From an uncultured delta proteobacterium (lineage in GTDB: Bacteria; Desulfobacterota; Binatia; UBA9968), in NCBI GenBank assembly GCA_963755715.1, contig CAVWLW010000045.1, forward strand, positions 1-64,000: a stretch of DNA of 64,000 nucleotides, read 5' to 3'. Shown piece after piece: positions 21,264 to 32,706 of this stretch (position 1 is the first letter of the stretch; each line of letters begins with the position of its first letter). The notes under the pieces were generated by a model. The model did not search any database, had not been told where the DNA came from, and worked only from the letters and a program-made list of their open reading frames with translations. The position numbers and the translations under genes were made by a program.

Positions 21264-22223
21264 TTAAGTATTCCGCGTATTTTCAGTGAACAATTCCTCG
21301 ACGCTCAGCTTCCGCCCGAGCATGCCTTGCTGGTCGGCGAACTTAATCAAATTCTCCACGTCGTTATAGTTTTCTTTGAGTCCTTGGTAGAAGGGATCTT
21401 TGCCGAAGAATTTTCTTTCCGCTTCGAGATAGGAGCGGCCCCAAGCGAAACTCAAACGGTGCGGTTGCTCCATGAAATCGTTGTACGCTTTGCGCGACGC
21501 GATCAGAGCCTCATACAAACTTGTGGCCACCCAGGGATCGCGCTCCAAGATTTCTTTTTTGATGACGATCGGGTGCATGATCGGGAACACTTTGGTGCGC
21601 TGGTAGTAGGCCTTCTCCTCGTTTTCAAAATCCGGAAACAGCCGCTCGACGCTGCCTTCGCCGCGGAGCCATCTTTGTGGCAAGTCCGGTTCGACCTCGG
21701 CGTCGACTGTTCCTTCCACGAGCAAATCTTCCAGCTTGCGTTTGCCTTCGACGAACTCGACTTTGATATTCGGCGGGAGCTTCGGGCCGACGGTTTCTTT
21801 GTTGACGATCACCCAGGTGACGTCACTGACACCCAAATCGTAGCTGTTCATCAGCATTCCTTTGGTGACCAATGCGAGAGTATTCTCATAACTGCGCAGG
21901 CCAATGCGGCCGCCTTTGAGGTCGGCGGGTTTTTTGATTCCCGACCCGGCTTTAATGAAACAAAACTTGTGACCCCACATTCGGCGCGGAAAAAACGGAA
22001 TGGCTTGCAGCCAGTCTACGTCTTGGCCGCGTGCGACGAGATAGGATGACATGGAAAATTCACAGGCGTCGTATTCGCCGTAATGAAACATCCGTTCGTG
22101 GCGTATGCCGCTTTCGACGGTGAGAAGATTCAGGTCGATGCCTTCGGCTTCAACCAACCCTTCGCGCAGTGGTTGAAGATAATCGTATTTATCAAAAGCG
22201 ATCGTGAGTTTTAGTTTGACCAT
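21264..22223 (-). CDS. 4,5-dihydroxyphthalate decarboxylase (PhtD)-like protein, periplasmic-binding fold
   Basis: LTIAFDKYD, CEFSMSSY, IPFFPRR, YYQRTKVFPIMHPIVI motifs; no signal peptide. Confidence 0.8.
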   Translation of the reverse strand: MVKLKLTIAFDKYDYLQPLREGLVEAEGIDLNLLTVESGIRHERMFHYGEYDACEFSMSSYLVARGQDVDWLQAIPFFPRRMWGHKFCFIKAGSGIKKPADLKGGRIGLRSYENTLALVTKGMLMNSYDLGVSDVTWVIVNKETVGPKLPPNIKVEFVEGKRKLEDLLVEGTVDAEVEPDLPQRWLRGEGSVERLFPDFENEEKAYYQRTKVFPIMHPIVIKKEILERDPWVATSLYEALIASRKAYNDFMEQPHRLSFAWGRSYLEAERKFFGKDPFYQGLKENYNDVENLIKFADQQGMLGRKLSVEELFTENTRNT

Positions 22224-22365
22224 TTGTAAGATCCTGCCGCCCGAGATTTAGACGGATCATAAGAGCCTAAACCGTCGCTGTCAACGTGGCATGCTTTTCA
22301 TTGACAGTCGTTGGAGCGCGATGTTAATCGACCCGTGACAAGTTTTAAACAAAGGGAACCCAAGG

Positions 22366-22482
22366 ATGCGCTTTGAAAACAAATCCGTTATCATTACCGG
22401 CGCTCGGAAGCGCGCCATCGAAGCATCCGCGCGCATCCATCCACAGCGACTCTTTTCTGGCAAGGTATGGTTCGTGGCCTAA
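22366..22482 (+). pseudogene. Stub of a short-chain dehydrogenase N-terminus
   Basis: MRFENKSVIITGA, then similarity is lost; 38 aa. Confidence 0.5.
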
Positions 22483-22507
22483 CGTGTAATGCAGCGAGGC
22501 GGACTTG

Positions 22508-23518
22508 TTAGCGCTTCCTGTAGAGCCCGTCAATAAACCCGCTGTCATCGAATTCTTTGATAACGCTCATGTCGACGAAATCTTCCGGCTTTGTCGAGCG
22601 GACCTTGGGGTCTTTTTCGCTGAGCTCGGCAAGGGCTTCCTTGACGGCGTCGAGGGAAGGGTAAGGTTTCTGAGGCACCAGGCGGGAAAAGTACTGGTAA
22701 CTATCCTCCAGAGCGTCGTTGTCATTTGTCTTCACGTATTTGCTGATGACTTTTTTGCTGAAATTTTTGTCCGTTTTATAGACGTAAATGCCTTCGAGCA
22801 ACGCGCGGGTGAATTTCCGCAGTGTGTCGCGTCTTTCTCGAATGTAAGAGACGCGTGAAGCAACGGGCGTGGTCGGATAAGCGCCGCCGAAATCTTCCGG
22901 CTCGGCGATGATGTTGAGATTAAACTTGCGCGCGAGGCTCGTCACCGGCGGCTGCGCAACCATTCCATGAACTTGTTTCGTTTGAATTGCGGCCATTCGC
23001 GCCGGTTGACCGCCGGGAATTTGCAAGACTGCCACGTCGACATCCGGCTTCAATCCCCACTTGAGCAAAATCTTGCGCGTGGCGTAGTCGGAGTTGGAGC
23101 CGAAGCGGCTGACGGAAAGTTTCTTGCCTCTTAAATCTTCGGGCTTCTTGATCTCCGGGGAAACGATCATGCTGTAAGCGAGAACGTTGAGCAGCCCGGC
23201 AATAAGTGTCACGTCGGCGCCACGCAAGCGCGCGACTACCGGAGCGTTGCCGCCGACTTGCGCGATAGGCACATCGCCCGACATTAGCGCTTGCGTTGCC
23301 TTGGAGCCGCCGTCCACATAGATCATCGTAACGTCGAGGCCGTTCTTTTCGAACAATCCGGCTTCCTTAGTGATCCAGAAGGGCGCTTGCGACCCGGCGA
23401 TGGCGCTCCAGCCTAGGGTAAGTCTTTCCAGCGAAGCGGCGGTGGATTGTGTCGCCGGTGAGGAGGTTAGAATTAAAACGGCAAGGAGGATTGCGTTCAG
23501 CATTCGAGAGCCAATCAA
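22508..23518 (-). CDS. NMT1/SsuA-type solute-binding protein
   Basis: Signal peptide, GLFEKNGLDV, LRGKKLSVSRFGSNSD, PYPS motifs. Confidence 0.9.
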   Translation of the reverse strand: MIGSRMLNAILLAVLILTSSPATQSTAASLERLTLGWSAIAGSQAPFWITKEAGLFEKNGLDVTMIYVDGGSKATQALMSGDVPIAQVGGNAPVVARLRGADVTLIAGLLNVLAYSMIVSPEIKKPEDLRGKKLSVSRFGSNSDYATRKILLKWGLKPDVDVAVLQIPGGQPARMAAIQTKQVHGMVAQPPVTSLARKFNLNIIAEPEDFGGAYPTTPVASRVSYIRERRDTLRKFTRALLEGIYVYKTDKNFSKKVISKYVKTNDNDALEDSYQYFSRLVPQKPYPSLDAVKEALAELSEKDPKVRSTKPEDFVDMSVIKEFDDSGFIDGLYRKR

Positions 23519-23582
23519 TTCTTGCTTGCAATCCTAGCAACCATTGGTCTGTCTCCACTCAACGCATCGTATGAATTCAACT

Positions 23583-23616
23583 TTGAACATTGAACGTGGA
23601 ACATTGAACTTAAACT
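23583..23616. repeat. Heptamer tandem repeat (TTGAACN)
   Basis: TTGAACA TTGAACG TGGAACA TTGAACT TAAACT. Confidence 0.75.
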
Positions 23617-23617
23617 G

Positions 23618-24412
23618 CTACGCCGCCGTCTCCCACTTGTTGACGTCGACTTCCCAGCCTTTGGTTTGCGACAGATCCAGGGCATTGCCTTCGACATCGC
23701 GAAAGCGCAATTCAGCATAGAGGCGGTTTGACGGGCGCGGCACGATTTTTAGAATGCTGCTTAGCTCCGCCATCGTCGCCTGCATCTCATTGGTCAAAAA
23801 ACCGATGTGGTTGATACCGTACTTCGCTTCGTGCCCTTCCACCTGGCTGTAGAACGGGTGGATCGCCAGATTGGTCTTGCCGTCGACGCAGAAACGATTG
23901 CCGCGCCCCTGCCGGCGTCGTTCATAGCTCGGCGCGATCTCCCGCAAACCGAAAACTTGCGTGTAGAAAAGCAGCATCGTGTCCGGGTCGAGCGCGTTAT
24001 AGGCGATATGGCGCACGCGCGGAAACATTTTCTCTTTGCTCGCCGGCACGCCGAAACCCTGCGTTGATACGGTAACCGGCCGGCATTCGGGATCATGGAA
24101 GCGAATCTCGCCATGCTGCAGATCGTTGGGCTCCTGAATGATCATGCCGCGCGGATAGAGCTTGAGAAACCGTCCTTTCACTGCTTCGAGATCGTCCACT
24201 TGCAAGCCGATATGATGCAAGCCCGTCTCCGTGTGCATTTCGCCGAGGGCAGGGCGCTTCTTGAAAAAAGTAAGATTATAGAAACCGTCGGTAATGGAAA
24301 TATCTCCCTCCGGCGAGCGGCCGAGCTCCTCGGTGCCGAGAAAATGTCGATAAAACTCGACGAGCTTTTCCGGGTCGTTGGCCAGATAGGCGATGTAGCG
24401 AAGAGTTGCCAT
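23618..24412 (-). CDS. VOC/glyoxalase family protein, two domains
   Basis: LRYIAY...GLHHIGLQVDD and VRHIAY...GINHIGF...DVEGNALDL repeated module. Confidence 0.88.
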   Translation of the reverse strand: MATLRYIAYLANDPEKLVEFYRHFLGTEELGRSPEGDISITDGFYNLTFFKKRPALGEMHTETGLHHIGLQVDDLEAVKGRFLKLYPRGMIIQEPNDLQHGEIRFHDPECRPVTVSTQGFGVPASKEKMFPRVRHIAYNALDPDTMLLFYTQVFGLREIAPSYERRRQGRGNRFCVDGKTNLAIHPFYSQVEGHEAKYGINHIGFLTNEMQATMAELSSILKIVPRPSNRLYAELRFRDVEGNALDLSQTKGWEVDVNKWETAA

Positions 24413-24517
24413 GGTTCGATCCTCCCCAATCAATGATTCTTTGTCGGTTTATACGCCAGATCGTGAAGTTGGGAAAGTAGCGCAAGCGGTGCGCCATCCC
24501 GATTCCAACTTCGCGTC

Positions 24518-25579
24518 CTAACGGACCAAAAACGTCTCGCGAAACATTTTGATCAGTTCGTTGCTTCTCGGTCCCCATTTTTCCCGGTTGCCGGCGATCC
24601 AGCGCTGGTTGGCCGGTACGCGCGGGAGATAACTAACTTCTTTGTGCGCCACCCGTCGGCCAAGCTGGCTCAACAGCAGCTGGGACTCCTTGGAAAATAG
24701 GAAATCGACGAAAAGCGCCGCCGCGTGAGGGCGCTGGCTTTGCCGAGTTATCCATGTGGCGTTGGGCGGCTCAGCCAACACGGGGTTGAAGAAAAAATAG
24801 TTGGTCGGACTGCCGGATTTCACTGCGCGATAGGCGATATGATCATACTGGTCAATAACCATTTTGAACTCGCTCGCGGCGACGAGTTGGCTGAGCAACG
24901 AGTGGCCGCGACGCACGGAAAGGCCGCGCTCAGCGAGCGGGCGGGTAAACCGCAGCCCCTTATCTTCGCCCATACTGTCGAGGAGAGCGGCGAACCATTC
25001 GTAGGATTCTTGATCGATGGCCAACTGACCCTGCCACTTTGCATCCAACAACTCGCTCCAGTCGCGCGGCAGCTCTTCAGGGCGGACCAGCTTGGTGTTG
25101 TACTGGAGGAAGTAGCCGATGTTGTAAATGCCGTTCAACCAACCTTCTTTATCGATAAACCCTTCGTGGAGTTGATTTCGGAATGGAGCGCGTAATCGCG
25201 TTATCGCGCCGGCTTTGCGCAACTCATCTAGATACGACGCCGGCATGGAGATCGCGTCGGCTTCCAAGCTGCCGGCCAAGGCTTCGGTCCGAATCTTGTT
25301 CGCCAAGCGCGCGTGGCCAAGGCGAAAGTATTCGATCTTGAGAAAAGGATATTTTTGCTCGAAGAGCCGCTTGAGATCTTGCAGGTCGGCGACGTTAAGG
25401 GTGGTGTGGAAAACTATCCGGCCTTCCTTGCGCGCCTCGCGCTCTAAAATCGCTTGACGCTCGGCCGCGGGACGCCGATTGAGTTGATCCAGCGCTTCTT
25501 CGACGTTCGCAGCGCTGGTTTCGCTCAGATTCGAAAGCGCCAAAGAAAAAAGGGCGATGATGGTGACGAGAATTTTCAC
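24518..25579 (-). CDS. AfuA-like extracellular solute-binding protein
   Basis: Signal peptide, ARKEGRIVFHT, YNTKLV, RPHAAALFVDFL. Confidence 0.88.
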   Translation of the reverse strand: MKILVTIIALFSLALSNLSETSAANVEEALDQLNRRPAAERQAILEREARKEGRIVFHTTLNVADLQDLKRLFEQKYPFLKIEYFRLGHARLANKIRTEALAGSLEADAISMPASYLDELRKAGAITRLRAPFRNQLHEGFIDKEGWLNGIYNIGYFLQYNTKLVRPEELPRDWSELLDAKWQGQLAIDQESYEWFAALLDSMGEDKGLRFTRPLAERGLSVRRGHSLLSQLVAASEFKMVIDQYDHIAYRAVKSGSPTNYFFFNPVLAEPPNATWITRQSQRPHAAALFVDFLFSKESQLLLSQLGRRVAHKEVSYLPRVPANQRWIAGNREKWGPRSNELIKMFRETFLVR

Positions 25580-25589
25580 AACCGTTCAA

Positions 25590-26688
25590 TCAATCGCGAA
25601 TATTCTGGGTAAACCATTCCAGCGGGAGCGGATGTCCAAGCCCTTGCGCTTTAGCCAAGTTGTAGGCCGTTCCACCGACGGCTGCGAACTGCAGTCCTTG
25701 CGTTCCTTGGTTGTTTAGAAAAGTAATCTGCTGATCGTTGGCGCGGCCAACCCAGCGGCCCGACATGATGTCGGGAACCGTGCCGATGTCGGGATTGTCG
25801 ATCTCGTGATGCGGCGAAGACGGGATTTTCTGTTTCTCCTGCGCGCTGCCGGCGATGAAGCCGAACATGCCGTCGCTGCCGGTGACGACTTCCGCGGCGC
25901 TCCGATCGGCGAACAGCGTCGAGGTGCCGAGTCGCGCGCGAACGTCGGCGCGGGCGAGCACATCCGGGCCGGCTTCGTTGTTGCGCACGTTATTGATGTG
26001 CATGCCCGGCTCCAGCCAATGCTGCTTTGATTACCGGCACGAGCGAATCCGTCGTGAGCGAAACGACATCGGCGCCTTTTAGCGCTTTTTCGGGTGAATC
26101 CACTGGGATGACTTCCATGTCGAGTTTCTCGGTCATCTCTGCGGCAAAGGCCTCGCGGTTTGCCCTGGTCGGGCTGAAGACGCGCATGACTTCGATAGGC
26201 CGGACTTGTTTGATCGCTTCGGCGTAGCTGCGCGCCATGCCGCCGGAGCCGATCATCGCGAGCACTTTGGAATTCTTGCGCGCCAAATACTTCGTGCCGA
26301 GTCCGGCGCAGGCGCCCACGCGCATGTGCTGCAGATAGCCGTCGTTCATCAGCGCGAGCGGCTCGGCGTTACGCGTGCTGAGGAGAAAAATCAGGCCGCA
26401 ATAGCGCCCGCGTTCCATGCAGTATTTGTCTTCGACCATGAAGCCATCTTGATTCTCCCAGGCGAGCATATCGGATTTCATGCGTATGGCGAAAACGCCG
26501 AGCTGCCGCGACGCGCCTTCCATCGTGCCCCAGCGGTAATAGTGCGGTTCTTGCGGCACATAGAAATCGATGCGCGGCCGGTAGCCGGCGCGCTGCTCGT
26601 TCAATTCGCGGTAGGCGTCTTCCATCGCGGCGATGCAGGTTTTCATATCCAGAACTTGCTGAATCTGCTCATTGGTCAGAAAAATCAT
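25590..26688 (-). CDS. Ornithine cyclodeaminase/mu-crystallin family protein (frameshift near 26019)
   Basis: IFLTNEQIQQVL, MRVGA, IGSGGMA, (W)LEPGMHI, GRANDQQIT and GLQFAAVG across two frames. Confidence 0.88.
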
Positions 26689-26918
26689 GACGCGCTCCTC
26701 GCGCTTGTTCGGCGCGGCGGTTGGGAATTTGTATTTGACGTTCCTATAGCCCGTTGCGCATCGTCTGTAAACCGAAAAACGATCCGTGGCGACGCGCTAT
26801 GGGATGAATGACGTTCTCTGCGCGTTGCAGTCCGGTAAATTTTTTTCAAATTTTTTCGCCCAAATTCTTTGCTTAAGGAAAATAATTCTATAGATTGCGG
26901 AGCTAAAGCCATTTTTCC

Positions 26919-28205
26919 ATGAAGACGAATTCATTAACCGACAAGCAAACGTTGAAAACACAAATTCGCGCCGCCGCAGGCCGTTGCGCCACGATAGGTG
27001 CTCTGGCTTCGGTGGCGCTCTTGTGCGCGCCATTCGTAAATCCGCCGCGGCCGGAGCCGGTGGCTACTCCTGCGATGCCCGAGCCGGCCAATCCGCAGTC
27101 GCGCATCGGCGTGACGCTTCGGACCGGGGACACTCTCGGTTCGGTGTTAAAACAATTCGGCGTCGCGCCGCCTTCGGCGTACGCGATGATCGACAAGCTC
27201 CGAACCTTTGTCGATCCGAAGAAGTTCCGTCCCGGCGATAACATTCACGTGGTGCTCAACGCTGAGGACCGCACGGTTGAGGCGATGGAGTTGGTTGTCG
27301 ATGATGATTTGGTTCGAGTCAAAGCGACCGGTGATGGCTGGTCAGCGGAGCGCCGAGAAATTCCTTCAGTGCAAGAGACGCGCGTGATTCGCGGCACCAT
27401 CAAGGGCAGCTTGTATGAAAGCGGCGTCAACGCCGGATTCTCGCCGCAGCATATTCTCGATCTGGCGAAAATCTTTGAATACGATATCGACTTTCTGTCC
27501 GATCTCCAGCGCGGCGACGCCTTCAGTGCGATCGTCGAAGAGCGCCATTATCGCGACGGCCGCCGCCAGATCGGGCGCATCCTGGCGGCGGAGCTCGAAG
27601 CGGAGGGCGAGACGTTCGATGCCTTTTATTACGCGGACAAAAACGGCGAGGCGCAATATTATGACGGCAAGGGGGAAGCGTTGCGCCGTTCGTTCCTGCG
27701 CGCGCCGCTCAGCTACGCAAGAATATCGTCGCCGTTCAGCGGCAATCGCATGCACCCGATCTTTCGCCAAATGCGGCAGCATCTAGCGATTGATTACGCC
27801 GCGCCGGCCGGCACTCCGGTGGTGGCGATCGGAAAGGGGCGGGTCGAATTCGTCGGGTGGCGGAACGGCTATGGCAACGTCGTCGATATTCGGCATGCAG
27901 GCAACTATATGTCGCGTTATGCGCATTTTTCCCGCTTCGCCGCGGACCTCCGCCGCGGCGAAGCGGTGGATCCTGGTGACGTGATCGGCTACGTCGGGCA
28001 GACCGGCCACGCCACCGGTCCGCATTTACATTTCGAGTTTTTACGGGGCGACACGAAGATCAATTTCCTCGACTTGCGCATTCCCAAGAATCAACAACTC
28101 TCCGGCGAAGACCTGCTGCGCTTCGATCGTTTGCGCGAGCAGCAATTGGCGTTGCTGCGCAACAACGGCGATCGCGTCGCCGATAGCGCAAATAAAGGCC
28201 TGTAA
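26919..28205 (+). CDS. M23 family peptidoglycan endopeptidase (MepM-like)
   Basis: HLAID (HxxxD), GYGNVVDIRH, YAH, TGPHLHFE motifs; N-terminal anchor. Confidence 0.92.
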   Translation: MKTNSLTDKQTLKTQIRAAAGRCATIGALASVALLCAPFVNPPRPEPVATPAMPEPANPQSRIGVTLRTGDTLGSVLKQFGVAPPSAYAMIDKLRTFVDPKKFRPGDNIHVVLNAEDRTVEAMELVVDDDLVRVKATGDGWSAERREIPSVQETRVIRGTIKGSLYESGVNAGFSPQHILDLAKIFEYDIDFLSDLQRGDAFSAIVEERHYRDGRRQIGRILAAELEAEGETFDAFYYADKNGEAQYYDGKGEALRRSFLRAPLSYARISSPFSGNRMHPIFRQMRQHLAIDYAAPAGTPVVAIGKGRVEFVGWRNGYGNVVDIRHAGNYMSRYAHFSRFAADLRRGEAVDPGDVIGYVGQTGHATGPHLHFEFLRGDTKINFLDLRIPKNQQLSGEDLLRFDRLREQQLALLRNNGDRVADSANKGL

Positions 28206-28333
28206 TCGCTTCTCGTGCGTTGGCTCGTATTTCTCTCCGGTGAATCCACAGCTCGACGATCACGCTCGTTGACAGTTTAATTTCGATATTGATATAGCCG
28301 CAGCGATAGGTCTGCACGGGAGGGGAGGCTGAC

Positions 28334-29329
28334 GTGAAACTATTTTGCGTGGTTGTTTTGGCTGCGTTTCTTTCAGGGGCCGGCGCCGGCGAGAGCGCCG
28401 CGCAAGACAAATTCCGCGTCGCCAGTGGCGGTTTTTCGACCGCGGTTCATGCCGTGGTCTGGGCCGCTTACGAGAAAAAGATTTTTCAGAAGTACGGCCT
28501 CGAGGGAGAGTATCTCGCTCTGGAAAGCGGCACACCGGCGATGCAGGCGTTGTTGGCGAATGAACTGCAGATCGTCTTTACCACCGGCGCCCTGGCGATC
28601 ACGGCAAATCTTCAAGGCGCGGATACGACGATCATCGCTGGCGGGATGAATTTTATCCCCAATAAGCTTCTTGTCCGTCCCGAGATCAAACGCCCCGAAG
28701 ATTTGAAGGGCAGACGTATCGCGATCAGCCGCTTCGGTTCGGCATCGGACTACGCGACGCAAGTGGCGTTGGAAAAACTCGGCCTGAACCCAAAAGACGT
28801 GACCATCATCCAAGTCGGGGGCAATATGACCCGTTATGCCGCGCTGATGAACGGCACGGTTCAGGGCACACTTTTGGCCGAGCCCCTTACGACCATGGGC
28901 ATCCGCGAGCACAAGATGAATTCATTAATTGACTTGGCGGAAAGCGGCGTGCCGTTTCCGCAGAACTGTTTCATTGTCCGGCGCAGTTATTTAGAGGCGA
29001 ACCGCAGCAAGATCGTCAACGGCATGAAGGCGATCATCGAAGGTTATTTCGCGGTCAAGAACGATAAGGCGCTCGGTCTGCAGCTGATCAAGAAATACAT
29101 TCGGGTCGACGGCGAAGACGCCAACATCAGCTACGAATATTATCTTGCGAAACACGGTAGCGACGTGATGGTGATGCCGGACCGCAAGGGATTGGAGTTT
29201 ATTTTGTCGCAGGTAGCAGCCACCACACCGAAAGCCAAAGGCCAGACGCCCGAGAGCCTGCGATTACTCGACTCGAGCGTCCTCGATGAAATCAAAAAGA
29301 GCGGTTTCATCGACAAATTTAAGCGATGA
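28334..29329 (+). CDS. NMT1/SsuA-type solute-binding protein
   Basis: Signal peptide, IFQKYGLE, LKGRRIAISRFGSASD. Confidence 0.9.
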   Translation: MKLFCVVVLAAFLSGAGAGESAAQDKFRVASGGFSTAVHAVVWAAYEKKIFQKYGLEGEYLALESGTPAMQALLANELQIVFTTGALAITANLQGADTTIIAGGMNFIPNKLLVRPEIKRPEDLKGRRIAISRFGSASDYATQVALEKLGLNPKDVTIIQVGGNMTRYAALMNGTVQGTLLAEPLTTMGIREHKMNSLIDLAESGVPFPQNCFIVRRSYLEANRSKIVNGMKAIIEGYFAVKNDKALGLQLIKKYIRVDGEDANISYEYYLAKHGSDVMVMPDRKGLEFILSQVAATTPKAKGQTPESLRLLDSSVLDEIKKSGFIDKFKR

Positions 29330-29349
29330 AACCTCCGATATCCGACGAT

Positions 29350-29385
29350 TTGAACGGCTTGAACGATTGGAACGTTTTGAACGGA
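29350..29385. repeat. Nonamer tandem repeat (TTGAACGNN x4)
   Basis: TTGAACGGC TTGAACGAT TGGAACGTT TTGAACGGA. Confidence 0.75.
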
Positions 29386-29399
29386 GTTTGGGAGAAAAA

Positions 29400-30499
29400 A
29401 TGCCCGGTGTGTTAGACGCCGACACTCATATCGCCGAGTCGGAAGCGATGTGGAGTTTTATCGACAAAGAGATGTACCCGCGCCGGCCAGTGCTGGCCAG
29501 GATCCCCGACGATACCTTGTACAAGGAGCGCAATGCTTTCTGGCTCATCGACGGCGAGATATTTCCCAAGCCCGCGGGCAAAGCGAGCTTCAGCTTGATC
29601 ACGCCTTCAGCGCAGAAGAAGGAATCCGGTAGGGCAGACATTCATCTCGCCGTGCGCGAGCTCACCGATCCGATGGCGCGCTTAAGAGATATGGACAAGA
29701 TCGGCGTCGACGTCCAGGTTATCTACCCGACGTCTGTTTCTGGTTTATCTCACGGACGATCCTCAACTCGAAGCCGCGCTGTGCCGCGCCTACAATCGCT
29801 TCATCGCCAAGCGTGCGCCACGGCGCCGGACCGGCTCAAGTGGGCGGCGATCCTGCCGTTGCGCGATATCGAAGCTTCTCTGACCGAAATGAGATGGGCG
29901 AAAGAACAGGGCACGGTCGGCGTGTTTTTCCGCGGCATGGAAGGCAATCTGACGCTGGATAATCCTTATTTCAATCCCGTCTATGCTCTGGCCGAGAAAC
30001 TCGATCTGACGGTCTGCATTCACACGGGATCAGGCAGCCGTCACCTGATGCAACTCTTCGATGTCGAACGCAACCACACCTTTGCGCACAATCGGGTTTT
30101 GCCGGTGGTCGCGTTTCGCGATCTGGTCGCCAATCGAATCCCCGAGCAGTTTCCCAAGCTGCGTTTCGGCTTCATCGAAGCGGCTGCGAGCTGGGTGCCT
30201 TATATATTTCATGTGCTGCGCCGCTCCGTGCGCTCCGATCTGAAGAATAAGAACCCGCAGGATCTATTTCGCGAATACCGCTTCTGGGTCGCCTGCGAGG
30301 CCGACGAAGAATTGCCGCATCTGTTGAACTATATCGGCGAGGATCACATCGTCATCGGCTCCGACTACGGCCACAACGACCCTCGAAGGAGCCGGAGTTC
30401 GTCAAGCACATGCGCGCCCGCGAGGATGTCGCGCCGCCGATTATCGAGAAGATTCTGTGTCAGAACCCGCGTCGGCTTTACGGCCTGGACGGATCGTAA
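29400..30499 (+). CDS. Amidohydrolase_2 family protein (frameshifts near 29733, 29810, 30383)
   Basis: VLDADTH and GSDYGH in the main frame; alternative frames restore LFLVYLTDDPQLEAALCRAYNRF and EKILCQNPRRLYGLDGS*. Confidence 0.85.
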
Positions 30500-30563
30500 G
30501 AAGTTTCACCGTCGTCATTTCCGCCGGCGCGGAAGGGACGATTGCCACAGCGCGGCGGAAGCA

Positions 30564-31587
30564 ATGATCGTCATGGTCTATACGTTACGTCTGCGTGCTA
30601 CGTGTTTTCTCCTGATGGTTTGCTTTGTCATATTCGTCGTCGAACGTCTTGAGATTTTGCACGCCGCGCAACTCGACGCGGTCAATCTCAGCTATTCCGC
30701 TCTGGTCCCTTCCGGCGCGCCGTTTTGGATCGCCCAGGACCTCAAGTTGTTCGAAAAAGAAGGTCTCAAAACACAGCTGCTGTATATCAACGCCGCGCCG
30801 CGTGTGATGGCGGCAATCCTGGCAGGTGAAGTGCAAATTTCTCTCTCGGGGGTGAGTCCGTTGGTTTCGACCTATGCCCAAGGAAATGACCCCGTGGCTA
30901 TCGCAGGGGCGGTCAATCAAATCAATGTTTCAGTCTTCGCCCGTCCGGAAATCCACAGCGCTGAGGAACTCCGTGGAAAACGCATCGGCATCACCCGCTT
31001 TGGCGGGCTGACGGATTTCTCTGCTCAATACGCGCTGAAGAAATGGGGTCTTACAGCCGGCGAAAGATGTCGCGATCATTCAAATCGGCGATGCCAGCGC
31101 TTTGATGGGCGCCATGGCGGGTAACGCGATCCAAGCCGCTACGTTGCAGCCGCCGTCGACGATCTTGGCCGCACAACTGCGCTATCGCGAACTTTTAGAT
31201 CTGTCCAAATCCGGGCTGGAGTATCAAAACACAGTGGTTTTGACCACCAGGTCGTTGTTGAAAAGGTCGCCGGATATATTTCGTAAATTTCTACGCGCTT
31301 ATTCTGCCGCGTTGGCCGTCTTTCACAAACAAAAAGATACCTCGATCGGAGTGATCGCACGCTACCTGAAAGGTATGGATCCGATCATTCTTGAAAGAAG
31401 CTACGAAGCCTACCGGGCTTGGGTACCGGAGATTCCCTACTTGAACCGCCCCGGAATGGAAGCCGCGATCGCCCTCACTCCCGCTGGGGGCAAAGAAAAA
31501 GAGATCAGATACAGCGATATCGTTGACGAGAGCATGGTTCGCGAGTTGGAACAACAGGGATTTTACCGCGCTCTCTATAAAAAATAA
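30564..31587 (+). CDS. NMT1/SsuA-type solute-binding protein (frameshift near 31060)
   Basis: LFEKEGL, LRGKRIGITRFGGLTD; continues in ORF 31102-31587. Confidence 0.85.
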
Positions 31588-31601
31588 TGGGGAGAACCTC
31601 T

Positions 31602-32691
31602 ATGCTGCTCATCACGGATCCGGAAGTGAAAAAAGTTCTCAAGATGGGCGAATGTATCGCAAGCGATGGAGCGCGCGTTTGCCGAAGAGGCGCGCGGCAT
31701 CGCCGTGAACAAGCCGCGCACGCGCTATAAAGTTCCGCCGGACTTGGACAAGCCGGGCTATATGGCCAATATCATTCCCGGGGCGGTGCCGAGCTCGGGG
31801 GTTGCCGCGCTCCGTTATGATTCCACCATCGTGCAGGAACGGATGTTTGCCGGGACCAAACGGATGGATTTCCCATCTCCGACTAAACGAAGCTGGGGGT
31901 TTGTGCTGCTATTCAGTCTGGAAACGGCGGAGCTCCTGGCGCTGATCCACGATTTCAGTATGTCGGCTATCCGGGTGGGCGCGACCACCGGGATAGCCAA
32001 TCGGGCGTTAGCTCGGAAGAACGCCAAAGTCGTGGGCATCTTTGGATCGGGCAATGAAGCGCGCACCAACCTCGAAGCGATTTGCGCCGTGCGCGAGATC
32101 GAGCGGGTGAAAGTTTACAGCATTACCAAAGAACATCGAGACCGCTTCGCGGAGGAGATGACCGAACTATTAAACGTCGAAGTCCAGCCGGTGAGCGGCC
32201 CCGAGGCGGTCGTCAAAGGATCGGACATCGTTATGTGCGCGACCAACTCCAGCCAGCCGGTATTCGACGGCAACTGGCTCGAACCGGGGCAATTGGTGAC
32301 GACGATCGCCAATACCGACGGAGTGCACCGGCGCACCGAAGCGGATGATGCGACCCTGCTGCGCAGCGACTTTATCGTGCTGAACAACAAAGAGACCGCA
32401 ATCACCAACCAGCAGCGCGAGCTTCTGGATTTGATCGATCAAGGGAAATTTGGCTGGGACAAAGTCTGCGAGCTTGGACAAGTGCTCGCTGGAACGCGCG
32501 CCGGCAGGAGCACTGACCAAGAAATTATCTACTACAAGAGCAACACCGGGGTCGGCATCCAGTTCGCCGCCACCGGTGCGCTGATCTACGAAGCCTGCAG
32601 GAAGCAGGGCTTAGGTCGGGAGCTGCCCGGGGAATGGTTCGGCGCGGATCTCAGTGAGTGGATGGATAAAGGCTTCATGCCGTCGCCGTAA
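31602..32691 (+). CDS. Ornithine cyclodeaminase/mu-crystallin family protein (frameshift near 31660)
   Basis: MLLITDPEVKKVL start, IRVGATT, FGSGNEA, CATNS, WLEPG, GVGIQFAA. Confidence 0.88.
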
Positions 32692-32706
32692 GTACAGAGA
32701 ACTCTT

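Noticed and set aside
23583-29385. GAAC repeats as LexA boxes
   Set aside because: The periods are 7 and 9 rather than the 11 of GAAC-N7-GAAC, and they follow stop codons of metabolic genes.
29286-31124. Apparent 612-aa amidohydrolase-SBP fusion
   Set aside because: Created by a frameshift near 30383. The amidohydrolase has its natural end (LYGLDGS*) at 30499 and the SBP has its own leader.
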